The position numbers and the translations under genes were made by a program. A stretch of 50,132 nucleotides of DNA from a virus: IMG/VR virus record IMGVR_UViG_3300025897_000002. One strand, 5' to 3'. Every line of letters begins with the position of its first letter. Positions within the stretch are counted from its first letter, which is position 1. Of the stretch, positions 41,937 to 50,081 are shown in pieces. The notes beneath the pieces were generated by a model. The model searched no databases. It saw nothing but the letters and a program-made list of their open reading frames with translations, and was not told where the DNA came from.

Positions 41937-42800
41937 ATGGAAGTACACAACAAGCACAATTTGCCTTATCCGTTCGTCAAAGCACTGTCGAGCAACCACC
42001 GACCCTTAGTGGAAAAACGGGTCAGGGTGACATCCCTCATAAAGCCTCCGCGCATGACTGCCCTCGAAAGGCAGAACTGGGACAACATGGAGGTTGATGT
42101 ATCGGAAATGATGCATGCCCTTTTAGGAACAGCATTTCATGGGGTGCTTGAAGACAACTCTGATGGCGATCCGGACATGGAAGCTAAAGAGCTTAGTCTG
42201 GCAGCGGATTACTTTGGCTGGAACCTCACTGGAACGATGGATCACCTGTCGAAGTCCGGGGTGATTACCGACTGGAAGACAACCTCTGTGTGGAGCGCAG
42301 TGTTTGGCAATGATGGTTGGGAGCCTCAGTTGAATCTTTACGCCCAACTTGCCCGCGACAATGGGTATGAGATTAAGGGCCTAAAAATCTTTTCTTACTT
42401 TAGGGATTGGAACGAGCGCCGCTCGCTTGATGGGGGCGACTACCCCGAACATATGTGGGGCAGTTACGACATACCGCTGTGGTCTGAAGAAAAGGCCAAG
42501 CTCTACATTCAAGAGCAGATAACCACGCTGGAGGCGGCGCTTGATGGAGAGGGCGTTCTTTGCAGCGATGAAGACCGATGGGCAACGCCAGACCGTTACG
42601 CAGTAATGAAGCCAGGAGCTAAGAGGGCTACCCGTGTGCTAGACACAGAAGAGGAGGCTAAAGAATACCTTTACACAAAGGTTGGTAAGGGTAAAATAGA
42701 GGTTCGATTTGGCGAAAAGTTTAAGCGATGTGAGCGATACTGCAATGCAAGCGCATTTTGCAAGCAGTATCAGGAAGGTACTGGAAATGAATTTGCTTGA
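41937..42800 (+). CDS. PD-(D/E)XK nuclease, Cas4/RecB-like, with C-terminal Cys cluster (recombination exonuclease)
   Basis: GGAGAGGAAAG RBS; MDHL...ITDWKTT...QLNLYAQL core motifs; C...CERYCNASAFC cluster. Confidence 0.75.
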   Translation: MEVHNKHNLPYPFVKALSSNHRPLVEKRVRVTSLIKPPRMTALERQNWDNMEVDVSEMMHALLGTAFHGVLEDNSDGDPDMEAKELSLAADYFGWNLTGTMDHLSKSGVITDWKTTSVWSAVFGNDGWEPQLNLYAQLARDNGYEIKGLKIFSYFRDWNERRSLDGGDYPEHMWGSYDIPLWSEEKAKLYIQEQITTLEAALDGEGVLCSDEDRWATPDRYAVMKPGAKRATRVLDTEEEAKEYLYTKVGKGKIEVRFGEKFKRCERYCNASAFCKQYQEGTGNEFA

Positions 42801-43446
42801 TTTGAGTGCGCCTTTTGACCCTGACGAAATCGACTGGAGAGTTGGGGCAACCACCAAAGATAAGTCTAAGGGAATTGCGTTAGCGTACATTGACGCCCGC
42901 GCTGTAATGGAGCGTCTTGATAGCGTTTGCGGCCCAGAGAATTGGCAGTGCAAGTACAGCCATGCTGGGGAAAAGACTGTCTGCGAAATCCTTATAAAGT
43001 GCGGCGAGGAATGGGTAGCAAAGTCCAATGGGGCTGGCGATACTGACGTTGAAGGCCCAAAGGGGGCGTTGTCAGATGCCTTCAAGCGGGCTGCTGTCGT
43101 TTGGGGAGTGGGTCGTTATCTCTATTCTTTAGACAGCCCATGGGTCAGACTTGAAGCGAGAGGCAGATCTTACGTCATCGCTAAAGATGAATTGCCACGC
43201 TTGAAGGGGATGCTTGGAGGGCGAGTAAAAACAGACACAAAGACCCCTGCAATTCTCGTTGAGACCATTGTTGGTGATGTAGAGAAAAACCTGAAGTCCT
43301 GCGGGTCTCTCGAAGAGTTAAAGGATGTTTGGGTAAGCTCATCCGTTAACTTGAAGAAAGTAATGGATTTTGACAAAGGTCAGCATGAGGCCCTTGTCAA
43401 AACGAAAGACCAAATGAAAAACGCGCTTACAAAAAAGGAAGTTTAG
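42787..43446 (+). CDS. Rad52-like single-strand annealing protein
   Basis: IALAYIDARAVMERLDSVCGPENWQCKY...SDAFKRAAVVWGVGRYLY; start at ATG 42787 overlapping the upstream gene end. Confidence 0.8.
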   Translation: MNLLDLSAPFDPDEIDWRVGATTKDKSKGIALAYIDARAVMERLDSVCGPENWQCKYSHAGEKTVCEILIKCGEEWVAKSNGAGDTDVEGPKGALSDAFKRAAVVWGVGRYLYSLDSPWVRLEARGRSYVIAKDELPRLKGMLGGRVKTDTKTPAILVETIVGDVEKNLKSCGSLEELKDVWVSSSVNLKKVMDFDKGQHEALVKTKDQMKNALTKKEV

Positions 43447-43447
43447 A

Positions 43448-43873
43448 ATGTCTGGTGTGAATAAAGTAACTCTTCTGGGTAATCTTGGTAAAGACCCGGA
43501 TGTCAGGCAGACGCAAAACGGTGGGTCTGTTGTTAGTTTTTCTGTTGCTACTTCTGAGACATGGAAAGACAAGGCGACTGGAGAGCGAAAGGAAAAGACA
43601 GAGTGGCACCGGGTTGTTAGTTTCAGCAAAGGAATCAATGCCTTCGTTGAAAGCTACGTTAAAAAGGGGTCAAAGGTTTATGTTGAAGGAAAGCTACAAA
43701 CGCGCAAATGGACTGATAAGTCAGGCGTTGAAAAGTACACAACTGAAATTGTTATTCCTGCTTATAACGGAGACCTTCAACTGGTTGACAAAAAGAGCGG
43801 TGAGTCTTTTTCTCCTCCTGAAAAGAAAACTCAGGAAATTACTCCAGACCTTGATGATGAAATCCCGTTTTAG
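43448..43873 (+). CDS. ssb: single-stranded DNA-binding protein
   Basis: NKVTLLGNLGKDPDVR...TEWHRVV...GSKVYVEGKLQTRKW OB-fold signature and acidic tail DLDDEIPF. Confidence 0.95.
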   Translation: MSGVNKVTLLGNLGKDPDVRQTQNGGSVVSFSVATSETWKDKATGERKEKTEWHRVVSFSKGINAFVESYVKKGSKVYVEGKLQTRKWTDKSGVEKYTTEIVIPAYNGDLQLVDKKSGESFSPPEKKTQEITPDLDDEIPF

Positions 43874-44198
43874 ATCAAGGCGTTACAGGCAATATGTAGC
43901 GAGTTTGGGTTGCGTCATTTGTGGCGCAGAAGCTCAAGCCGCTCACGTTAGAATTGGGCACTATGCAATGGGCTTAAAGCCTAGCGACGACCGCGTAGTT
44001 CCTTTGTGCCCTTATCACCACACGGATGGTCCTGATGCACAACACAAGAGCAACGAACGAGACTGGTGGCAGCGACAAGGGATTGACCCCCTCAAGCTCG
44101 CCCAGCTTATCCGAGAGACTAACGGCGACTATGAATCCGGCTGGTTCGTCGTCCGGGAGGCAAAGCGACTTGCCGGAGCAGTGGCGTCTAGCGAGTGA
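43854..44198 (+). CDS. DUF968/HNH-like nuclease-family protein
   Basis: YVASLGCVICG...AHV...GLKPSDDRVVPLCPYHH pattern; start ATG 43854/43857 overlaps the ssb end. The upstream part of track ORF 43485..44198 is out-of-frame overlap with ssb. Confidence 0.7.
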   Translation: MMKSRFRSRRYRQYVASLGCVICGAEAQAAHVRIGHYAMGLKPSDDRVVPLCPYHHTDGPDAQHKSNERDWWQRQGIDPLKLAQLIRETNGDYESGWFVVREAKRLAGAVASSE

Positions 44199-44472
44199 AG
44201 AGTGGATAGAATTGGATGGTGCTGCCCGCTTGTTAGAGGAAAACAAGAAGATTATTTTTTCTCAGATCATGTCAGAGTGGCCCGACATTCCGGTAAATAA
44301 AGCTGAGCATAAAGCCCGCAGAGACCCTAGATACACCGAGCTTATAGAGAAAATGGTTGAGGCCAGAACGACGGCCAACATTCATCGTATTCGCGCTGAG
44401 TACATGCGAATGAAGTTCGAGGACAACCGAACAAGGGAAGTTACTCGTCGAGCAGAAATGAACATCCGGTGA
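44170..44472 (+). CDS. hypothetical protein (about 100 aa; start uncertain, TTG 44170)
   Basis: The track ORF 44026..44472 overlaps the previous gene; no in-frame ATG until well inside. Confidence 0.5.
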   Translation: MPEQWRLASEEWIELDGAARLLEENKKIIFSQIMSEWPDIPVNKAEHKARRDPRYTELIEKMVEARTTANIHRIRAEYMRMKFEDNRTREVTRRAEMNIR

Positions 44473-45077
44473 GCATCAGCACTAAGATTAAAAAAGACAT
44501 TCGCTCGTGGAGTAGAGATGTTCTTGAAGAGCCCTCAGAGTTTCTAAACGGCTTTCCGCCGTGTCCTTATGCAAAGTCTGCTTGGAAACAAAAGAAGGTT
44601 TCCATAGAAGTCTTTAACTTGCCGGAAGGGTGCGAGGGCGGGTTAATCGGTTGTCCGGAAATATTTGACGATGGAATAAAAAGCATCCTTGAGGACGACA
44701 AGGACGTTCACATTATTGCCATTCCCAACTGGCAGGAGTTGGGGTCGGCTGAAAGCACTGACGTAGCCTGCATGGAGGCAAATAAAGTTCTGGCCCCATC
44801 AGACATTTATTTAATGTCCTTCCATCCGGAAGACCAGCCTGATTCAGAAAATTTTGAATTTCTGTATAAGACTTATGATGAGCAGCCTGGGCTTGACTAC
44901 TATGCAATGATATTTGTACAGCGCCTGTCGCTACTCAATGCCGCAAGCGATGCCCTGACTTCTAAGGGTTATTACGACAATTGGAAAGTGAAGGCGTATA
45001 ATTCCCTGATGAGCCCAAGGTGGGAGGCGCGTTTTATTAGCGAGAAGTACAGTGAAAAAGAGTGCCCCGATGATTAA
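44469..45077 (+). CDS. hypothetical protein (202 aa)
   Basis: GTG start overlapping the upstream stop (GGTGA). Confidence 0.7.
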   Translation: MSISTKIKKDIRSWSRDVLEEPSEFLNGFPPCPYAKSAWKQKKVSIEVFNLPEGCEGGLIGCPEIFDDGIKSILEDDKDVHIIAIPNWQELGSAESTDVACMEANKVLAPSDIYLMSFHPEDQPDSENFEFLYKTYDEQPGLDYYAMIFVQRLSLLNAASDALTSKGYYDNWKVKAYNSLMSPRWEARFISEKYSEKECPDD

Positions 45078-45267
45078 AGACGCCCTTGATCAAATCGAAA
45101 AAGAAACAGGCGCTCAGCACGCGCCAGAGGACATCCTTCGCGCTTGTGAAGAGTGTGGGTGCGTAGCTTTCTTGGTGACGGGTAGCGGAAAATTACAATG
45201 TGTGCAGTGTGAAAAATACGACGAAAGCACTATGGTTTATTTCATGGGGGACGCTGACGCGAATTAG
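45070..45267 (+). CDS. small CxxC...CxxC zinc-ribbon protein (65 aa)
   Basis: CEECGC...CVQCEKY; ATG 45070 overlaps the upstream stop (ATGATTAA). Confidence 0.65.
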   Translation: MIKDALDQIEKETGAQHAPEDILRACEECGCVAFLVTGSGKLQCVQCEKYDESTMVYFMGDADAN

Positions 45268-45728
45268 TTCAGGTTCTTAGGCTTAAAAACCCCATCGCCC
45301 GTTTCTTCAAGAGCAACAGTTTTTGCGCTAGCAATGTTTTCTATTTCTTGAATGCGTTTGGCAAGTTGCTCTTTGGTAAGCATCTTCACGGGATCTTCTC
45401 TTTGAGAGTTTAGAAGACCGCCCATCTGCGCCCTTAACTTTTCCGCCTGCACTGCCGCAGCGTATTGCCCGTTTTCGATGGCCCCGTTGCGGATGTTAAG
45501 CAGATCTCTCATGCTTCTTTCAGCAGAGATGCCGAACTGAGCAGCAACATCATCTTGCATCTCTATCCGAGCAGCAACGATCTTTGGCTCTTTCAGCAAC
45601 CGGCTTGCAGCTTGTGCGGGTTGGGCAAATCCGGCTCTACGAGCAGCTTCTGTCTGAGAGCAGTTGCCGTACACCAATTCCTGAACAAACTTTCTTTGCC
45701 GCTCGTTTAGCTGATCTTCTTCACTCAT
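45264..45728 (-). CDS. terS: terminase small subunit-like protein (Terminase_2 type HTH)
   Basis: LNERQRKFVQELVYGNCSQTEAARRAGFAQPAQAASRLLKEPKIVAARIE matches the Terminase_2 N-terminal signature; lies about 16.6 kb from terL across the circular junction, on the other strand. Confidence 0.75.
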   Translation of the reverse strand: MSEEDQLNERQRKFVQELVYGNCSQTEAARRAGFAQPAQAASRLLKEPKIVAARIEMQDDVAAQFGISAERSMRDLLNIRNGAIENGQYAAAVQAEKLRAQMGGLLNSQREDPVKMLTKEQLAKRIQEIENIASAKTVALEETGDGVFKPKNLN

Positions 45729-45949
45729 CTAGTAAGGCCGGGATTGAAATAATCGTCATCAGAAATGGAATGACCGTCAGGCAGGTAATTTGTTTTATTG
45801 GGCTTTTCTTCAGTCCGGCGGATCAAGTCATTTTTGATCGCAACAATGTTGGCCTGAAGGATATCAACCTGAAGCTGTAAGGGCTCGATTACCTTCAGCC
45901 AATCTTTGGTGGTTTGCATGCTGAAACCTCGCTGTGATCTCGCAGTCAT
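45725..45949 (-). CDS. hypothetical protein (74 aa), co-oriented with the terS-like gene
   Basis: 4-nt overlap with the downstream terS-like gene start. Confidence 0.6.
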   Translation of the reverse strand: MTARSQRGFSMQTTKDWLKVIEPLQLQVDILQANIVAIKNDLIRRTEEKPNKTNYLPDGHSISDDDYFNPGLTR

Positions 45950-46095
45950 AATAGCAGATAATTACACATGAGTTGTCTTGTGGTCAAGAAACAGCGGTTA
46001 GCGCCAAAAATTTTTTTGCCTTGATGCCCAAAAAAAAGTTGACTGCACCTTAGTCATGCACTTAGTCTCGTGTACAGATCAACCAAGGAGGTAAA

Positions 46096-46953
46096 ATGGA
46101 ATCCCAGTCTATCGAATCTGACGATCTTGCTCTCGAAAAAGACTTCACCATTGAGAGCGTCAAACGCCTCACTAAAGATCAGCGCGTTGCGTTTCAGTCG
46201 CTTGGTGAGCAAGAGGCACGGTTTCTTGTAGATCAGTATTACACTGTTCAAGACAACCGGATTGCGACCAGTGCTCAAATCCGGTCAATGACAAAAGGGG
46301 GGGAGCCTGTTCACGTTCTCTCCTTGACTCGTGACAATTACGAGCAGCTTGAAAAAAACGCCAAGGTTGGCCTTCAGGTTTACGCTGACAATCATCCTGT
46401 CGGACGGTGGTTGCTGGCTCAGCACGGTATTGGTCCAGTCATTGCTGCGGGGCTTCTTTCACATCTCGACATTAGAAAGGCTCCAACGTACGGACACTTC
46501 TGGTCGTTTGCTGGGATGAACCCCGAGAAGAAATGGGAGAAGGGCAAGAAGCGGCCTTGGAACGCGAAGCTAAAAACGCTGGTCGCGTTCAAGGCTGGCG
46601 AATCTTTCGTGAAGACTCAGGCTCACAAGAAGTCTTTCTACGGCAAGATATTCAGAGAAGAGCGAGATCGGCTTGAAGCAGCCAACGAAAGTATGGAGTT
46701 TAAGGATGTCGCTTTGGATAGGGCTAAGACTGTTGGCAAAACGACTGTAGCTTACTCTCACTACTCAATTGGCAAATTGCCTCCGGCTCATCTTCACGCT
46801 CGTGCTCGTCGTTATGCGGCTAAAATATTTCTTAGTCACTTGCATTATCGTTGGTACGAATGGGAGTACGGCAAAGCACCGGCAGATCCCTACCCCGTTG
46901 CAATCCTCAAGCATGCACACATCATCGAAGCCCCCGGCCCGGAGATATCGTAA
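46096..46953 (+). CDS. IS110-family transposase C-terminal (Transposase_20/HhH) domain-like protein lacking the DEDD/RuvC-like N-domain
   Basis: AGGAGG RBS; GIGPVIAAGLLSHLDI.KAPTYGHFWSFAGMNPEKKWEKGKKRPWNAKLKTLVAFKAGESF parallels IS110 Tnp (PGIGp.tAa.Lla.igd...f...aSyaGL.P....SG.......isk.Gn..LR..L). Confidence 0.6.
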   Translation: MESQSIESDDLALEKDFTIESVKRLTKDQRVAFQSLGEQEARFLVDQYYTVQDNRIATSAQIRSMTKGGEPVHVLSLTRDNYEQLEKNAKVGLQVYADNHPVGRWLLAQHGIGPVIAAGLLSHLDIRKAPTYGHFWSFAGMNPEKKWEKGKKRPWNAKLKTLVAFKAGESFVKTQAHKKSFYGKIFREERDRLEAANESMEFKDVALDRAKTVGKTTVAYSHYSIGKLPPAHLHARARRYAAKIFLSHLHYRWYEWEYGKAPADPYPVAILKHAHIIEAPGPEIS

Positions 46954-47162
46954 TGGCTTACCCGATTGCTATTCCCTCGCATCTGTGGGGCGATAAATCT
47001 AATGAAGCTGCTGATAGGTTCCTGCGCGTCTTTCCGAGCTTGCTGCACAGCGATCCGAAGATGCTGGAGCTTGAGTACAAAGACCTTCTTGCGGTTGTTC
47101 AAGACGAGTTCGAGGAGTTCGAAACAAAAACGCAATTAGCCAACACCGGGTCGTTGACGTAA
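46953..47162 (+). CDS. hypothetical protein (69 aa)
   Basis: TAATG overlaps at both ends; start moved from the track's 46851. Confidence 0.65.
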   Translation: MAYPIAIPSHLWGDKSNEAADRFLRVFPSLLHSDPKMLELEYKDLLAVVQDEFEEFETKTQLANTGSLT

Positions 47163-47692
47163 TGCAATCTCGTGTATATAAGGCAGGGGTCCATATACCC
47201 TCCAAGGTTGGACCGAGAGCGGGGTGGTTTTTTATATCCTTTCTTTCCACCCTGCTCTCCACCTTATCCCACGCAAATTCTCAAGATCTTTCGCCTCAAA
47301 TGAGTTGCCTTGCTGAGGCTGTGTACTTCGAAGCAAGGTCAGAAACTTTTCTTGGGCAATTAGCTGTTGCTGGCGTTGTCCTTGAGCGCGTTGAGCGACC
47401 TGAGTTCCCGAACACCGTCTGTGAAGTTGTCCATTACGGTCATTATCTAAATGGAGCGCCTATAAAGAATAGGTGCGCCTTTTCGTATTGGTGTGATGGG
47501 TTGCCTGAGCGAGTGAACGACGAGGGTGCTTGGTACGAAGCTGTGTACGTTGCTCAGTTGGTTCTTGACGGAGTGCGTGTGGCAAACACCGATGGGGCAA
47601 CGCACTACCACGCCTCTTACGTTATGCCGAAATGGGCGTCTGACTACACGCTCATGTCTCGAATTGGAGTTCACCTTTTTTATGGAGACTAA
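47162..47692 (+). CDS. SleB-like cell-wall hydrolase (Hydrolase_2) with N-terminal signal/anchor
   Basis: CLAEAVYFEARSE...GQLAVAGVVLERVE.PEFPNTVCEVV...ATHYHASYVMPKWA...IGVHLFY; hydrophobic WFFISFLSTLLSTLSHA near the N-terminus. Confidence 0.85.
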   Translation: MQSRVYKAGVHIPSKVGPRAGWFFISFLSTLLSTLSHANSQDLSPQMSCLAEAVYFEARSETFLGQLAVAGVVLERVERPEFPNTVCEVVHYGHYLNGAPIKNRCAFSYWCDGLPERVNDEGAWYEAVYVAQLVLDGVRVANTDGATHYHASYVMPKWASDYTLMSRIGVHLFYGD

Positions 47693-47693
47693 A

Positions 47694-47900
47694 ATGTGGA
47701 AGACATATTGGTGCGGGAACTTAATGGAAGACCGACAAGAAACGGTCAATTCTGTTCCGACTGTTAAAGCTAAAACCGCTTCACAAATTGCTGAAGAAAA
47801 GTGGAACGACTACAAAAACGGATTGGCTAACCTTTCTATCCGAAGGGATGGTCAGCAATGCGAGTATCTGTATAGGAGCCGTTCAAATGCCAAAAGGTAA
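47694..47900 (+). CDS. hypothetical protein (68 aa)
   Basis: ATG 1 nt after the upstream stop; start moved from the track's 47526. Confidence 0.6.
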   Translation: MWKTYWCGNLMEDRQETVNSVPTVKAKTASQIAEEKWNDYKNGLANLSIRRDGQQCEYLYRSRSNAKR

Positions 47901-48141
47901 GGGGCCTCAACCCAATAAAAAAGCTGTGCGAACGGGTAACATTAGTGCTAGTGTATCTCGGGGTCTGGTGAAGGCAGTGAAGCGTGACCGGACTCATTTG
48001 GAGGGGCTCGTTCAAAAGATGAGCGCACACAAGAAAGGAAAGAAAGTATGGGTAACCGTAGCGAACCCCAATCCGCTGGAGACCAATCAACGCTTTGTCA
48101 GGATGTTGGCGCGGGATGCCTGGAGGGGTACGTCGTCCTAG
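47887..48141 (+). CDS. basic small protein (84 aa)
   Basis: MPKGKGPQPNKK...; ATG 47887 overlaps the upstream end by 14 nt. Confidence 0.55.
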   Translation: MPKGKGPQPNKKAVRTGNISASVSRGLVKAVKRDRTHLEGLVQKMSAHKKGKKVWVTVANPNPLETNQRFVRMLARDAWRGTSS

Positions 48142-48542
48142 AGGACAGCGTCGTAATTTGGTTTGGGCCTGACAGAGAGGGCGCTGACAGTTTTGTCTTG
48201 GCAGCATCCCGGCTGTCGTCCTCTCCTGATCTCAAGGTCAAGCCGCTGTCTGCCTCTAACGAAATTAAGGTTAAGGGCAAGGGATCATCCCGCGCCACTA
48301 GGATGACTGAGTGGTCGGTTATGCCAAGGGAGTGGGTTGACTGGGTAGACAAGGAATATCCGGGCTTCAACCCTCACCCAGAGTTTGACGCTTATTGCAA
48401 CTGGTCTATGTCCAGTAAAAACGGGGCCAAGCGAGATCATTTCGCTGCTTTTCGGAACTGGATCAAGCGCGTAACCGACGAGAAGAAACCGTCTCCGACC
48501 AGTGCCACGCTTAACGCCCTGAAGGTACTTAAAGATGTCTGA
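48048..48542 (+). CDS. hypothetical protein (start uncertain)
   Basis: AAGGAAAG before ATG 48048, but this start overlaps the previous gene by 94 nt; conserved-looking C-terminal half EWVDWVDKEYPGF...FAAFRNWIKR. Confidence 0.55.
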   Translation: MGNRSEPQSAGDQSTLCQDVGAGCLEGYVVLEDSVVIWFGPDREGADSFVLAASRLSSSPDLKVKPLSASNEIKVKGKGSSRATRMTEWSVMPREWVDWVDKEYPGFNPHPEFDAYCNWSMSSKNGAKRDHFAAFRNWIKRVTDEKKPSPTSATLNALKVLKDV

Positions 48543-48933
48543 TCGGGACGCGAAAAAGCAGACCCTTGCCAGATTGCGGATTCATCTGCAAATGCGCCAA
48601 ATGAGTGACCCTGAGACCAAGATTTTCTTTGAGGATTTTTTAGGGTTCACCGAGAACCTGACGGTCGATGAGTTCAACAAGGTTGCTGAGAGAATTTTAG
48701 TTGAGCCGGGAAGAAAGTGGTTTCCCACGGTTGGCGAATGGAAGGCTTTCGAGAAGCGATTTATCCACAGGGAGCCAGTGCCCGAAGTGGCAAAGATAGC
48801 AGCCCCGATAAGATGGTCTGACGAAGATTTTCAGAAGGCTGAGGCTCAGATCGAGATGCTGCCGCAGGGAAGCCAGTGGAAGGCTAGGCTTGGCGGGATG
48901 CTACAGCACATGAGGGGGAGGCACGATGGATAG
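48535..48933 (+). CDS. hypothetical protein (132 aa)
   Basis: ATG overlaps the upstream stop region; coding-like. Confidence 0.65.
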   Translation: MSDRDAKKQTLARLRIHLQMRQMSDPETKIFFEDFLGFTENLTVDEFNKVAERILVEPGRKWFPTVGEWKAFEKRFIHREPVPEVAKIAAPIRWSDEDFQKAEAQIEMLPQGSQWKARLGGMLQHMRGRHDG

Positions 48934-49102
48934 CGACAGGTCTATGTACGCAACGAAACAGTGCTCTGAGTGCGATGGCACTGGCGAGTTGTGGCTACAA
49001 AAGTCGCCTACACGTTCAGTCCCGATTGATTGCGATGTTTGCGCTGGAGATGGGATCGTGTTGGGCAGGGTCGATTGGTGGGAGTCTTCAAGTGAGTGGT
49101 GA
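48926..49102 (+). CDS. 58-aa DnaJ-type zinc-finger miniprotein (2 x CxxCxGxG), not in the ORF track
   Basis: MDSDRSMYATKQCSECDGTGELWLQKSPTRSVPIDCDVCAGDGIVLGRVDWWESSSEW; GGGGGAGG RBS; overlaps the upstream stop. Confidence 0.65.
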   Translation: MDSDRSMYATKQCSECDGTGELWLQKSPTRSVPIDCDVCAGDGIVLGRVDWWESSSEW

Positions 49103-49163
49103 TGTACGCCGCCAATAAAAACGCGGGGGTCGATGAGTGACCCGATGCGTATGAAACACAAAC

Positions 49164-49328
49164 GTGCTCAAGCGGGAGATCGCCATGCGCCTTGTGGTCT
49201 ACCCGAAGCTGGTGACTGCGAAGAAGCTGACGCAGGAGACAGCGGACCGGCGCATCTTTGTATTGCAGAACGTGTTGGCAAGAGAGGAAGCCAACGCCGA
49301 AGCGATCCTCGCATCAAGGAGCAAGTGA
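49164..49328 (+). CDS. small protein paralogous to the 1599..1868 product (GTG 49164 or ATG 49185)
   Basis: Frame differs from track ORF 49133..49540. MRLVVYPKLVTAKKLTQETADRRIFVLQNVLAREEANAEAILAS aligns with the 1599 gene product; the stop overlaps the next start (TGATG). Confidence 0.6.
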   Translation: MLKREIAMRLVVYPKLVTAKKLTQETADRRIFVLQNVLAREEANAEAILASRSK

Positions 49329-49540
49329 TGATCGGCACACCCGATGAACTAGTGGAGAGCGTGCGCAAGGCGGTGCGCAATCCTGGCAATGGGCAGGGCA
49401 TCGGCATCAGCAACGAGGAAGCCCGCGCCGCCATCGTGGCGACCTTGAAAGGAATCAGGCCCGCGCAAAAGACAACGTGGGCAAGTCAGGTCCGACACCG
49501 TATTGACAGGCTGTTAGCTGAATTGGAGGCCCCCCGATGA
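49328..49540 (+). CDS. small early protein (70 aa)
   Basis: MIGTPDELVESV N-terminus (36-nt near-identity with 281-316); ATGA overlap downstream. Confidence 0.65.
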   Translation: MIGTPDELVESVRKAVRNPGNGQGIGISNEEARAAIVATLKGIRPAQKTTWASQVRHRIDRLLAELEAPR

Positions 49541-49749
49541 CCGGCACATTGGCTGAGCGTTTATCGAGTGCGAGGGCCGACGCTAGACTGTCCTTGAGGG
49601 ACGTTGAGAAACAAACCGGCGTCTCCCAAGGGAACCTATCGAAGATGGAGAGCGGCCAACAAACGAACCCCACACTCAACACGCTGACCGTGCTGGCTGG
49701 TTGCTACGGCGTGACGGTCGGCGCTTTGATTGGGGAGGCCAACCGATGA
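49537..49749 (+). CDS. XRE/Cro-type helix-turn-helix transcriptional regulator
   Basis: LSLRDVEKQTGVSQGNLSKMESGQQTNPTLNTLTVLAGCYGVTVGALIG is a classic HTH_3 pattern. Confidence 0.85.
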   Translation: MTGTLAERLSSARADARLSLRDVEKQTGVSQGNLSKMESGQQTNPTLNTLTVLAGCYGVTVGALIGEANR

Positions 49750-50081
49750 CCGGCACACCCGATGGCACTGGTGGGGGTAGCGGCATGACCCACGAACAGA
49801 TGGAGCGAGACGCACGCAAAGTGATCTTTGCACAAGGGGTGGGTAATGCCAGGGGTGTTGGAAATCCAGCGATTGAACGGGCCATTCCACAAGCCCGCAA
49901 CGTCCTGTCTCTCTTAGAGGAAGTGGAGCGGATACGGGACGCAGCAACGATATCCGTAACCATTGCCGGTCATGCACGGCGCGCAATCAGTAGCGGGCAA
50001 ATCCACGACAAAGAAGTCGGCAGGAAGGTTGAGCTAATTGAAACCACGTTGTTCGCGGCCCTTGAGGGGTCCAGCCAATGA
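49746..50081 (+). CDS. hypothetical early protein (111 aa)
   Basis: ATGA overlap with the XRE gene stop; MTGTPDG N-terminus with the junction motif; the track ORF starts at 49701. Confidence 0.65.
   Translation: MTGTPDGTGGGSGMTHEQMERDARKVIFAQGVGNARGVGNPAIERAIPQARNVLSLLEEVERIRDAATISVTIAGHARRAISSGQIHDKEVGRKVELIETTLFAALEGSSQ

Noticed and set aside
43485-43853. N-terminal 123 codons of track ORF 43485..44198
   Set aside because: This part is out-of-frame overlap with the high-confidence ssb gene and gives an L/K-rich nonsense-like peptide. The real DUF968-like gene starts at ATG 43854/43857.
46039-46067. Promoter TTGACT-N17-TTAGTC upstream of the IS110-like operon, with CTTAGTC direct repeats
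   Set aside because: The -10 candidate matches TATAAT at only 2 of 6 positions. The repeat (CTTAGTC twice) is real but too short to interpret. I kept it only as a note.
48761-48769. Perfect DnaA box TTATCCACA inside CDS 48535..48933 (and an 8/9 match at 5624-5632)
   Set aside because: A single 9-mer match is near chance expectation for 100 kb of two-strand sequence (about 0.4). It is not clustered and not intergenic, so it is not evidence for an origin.
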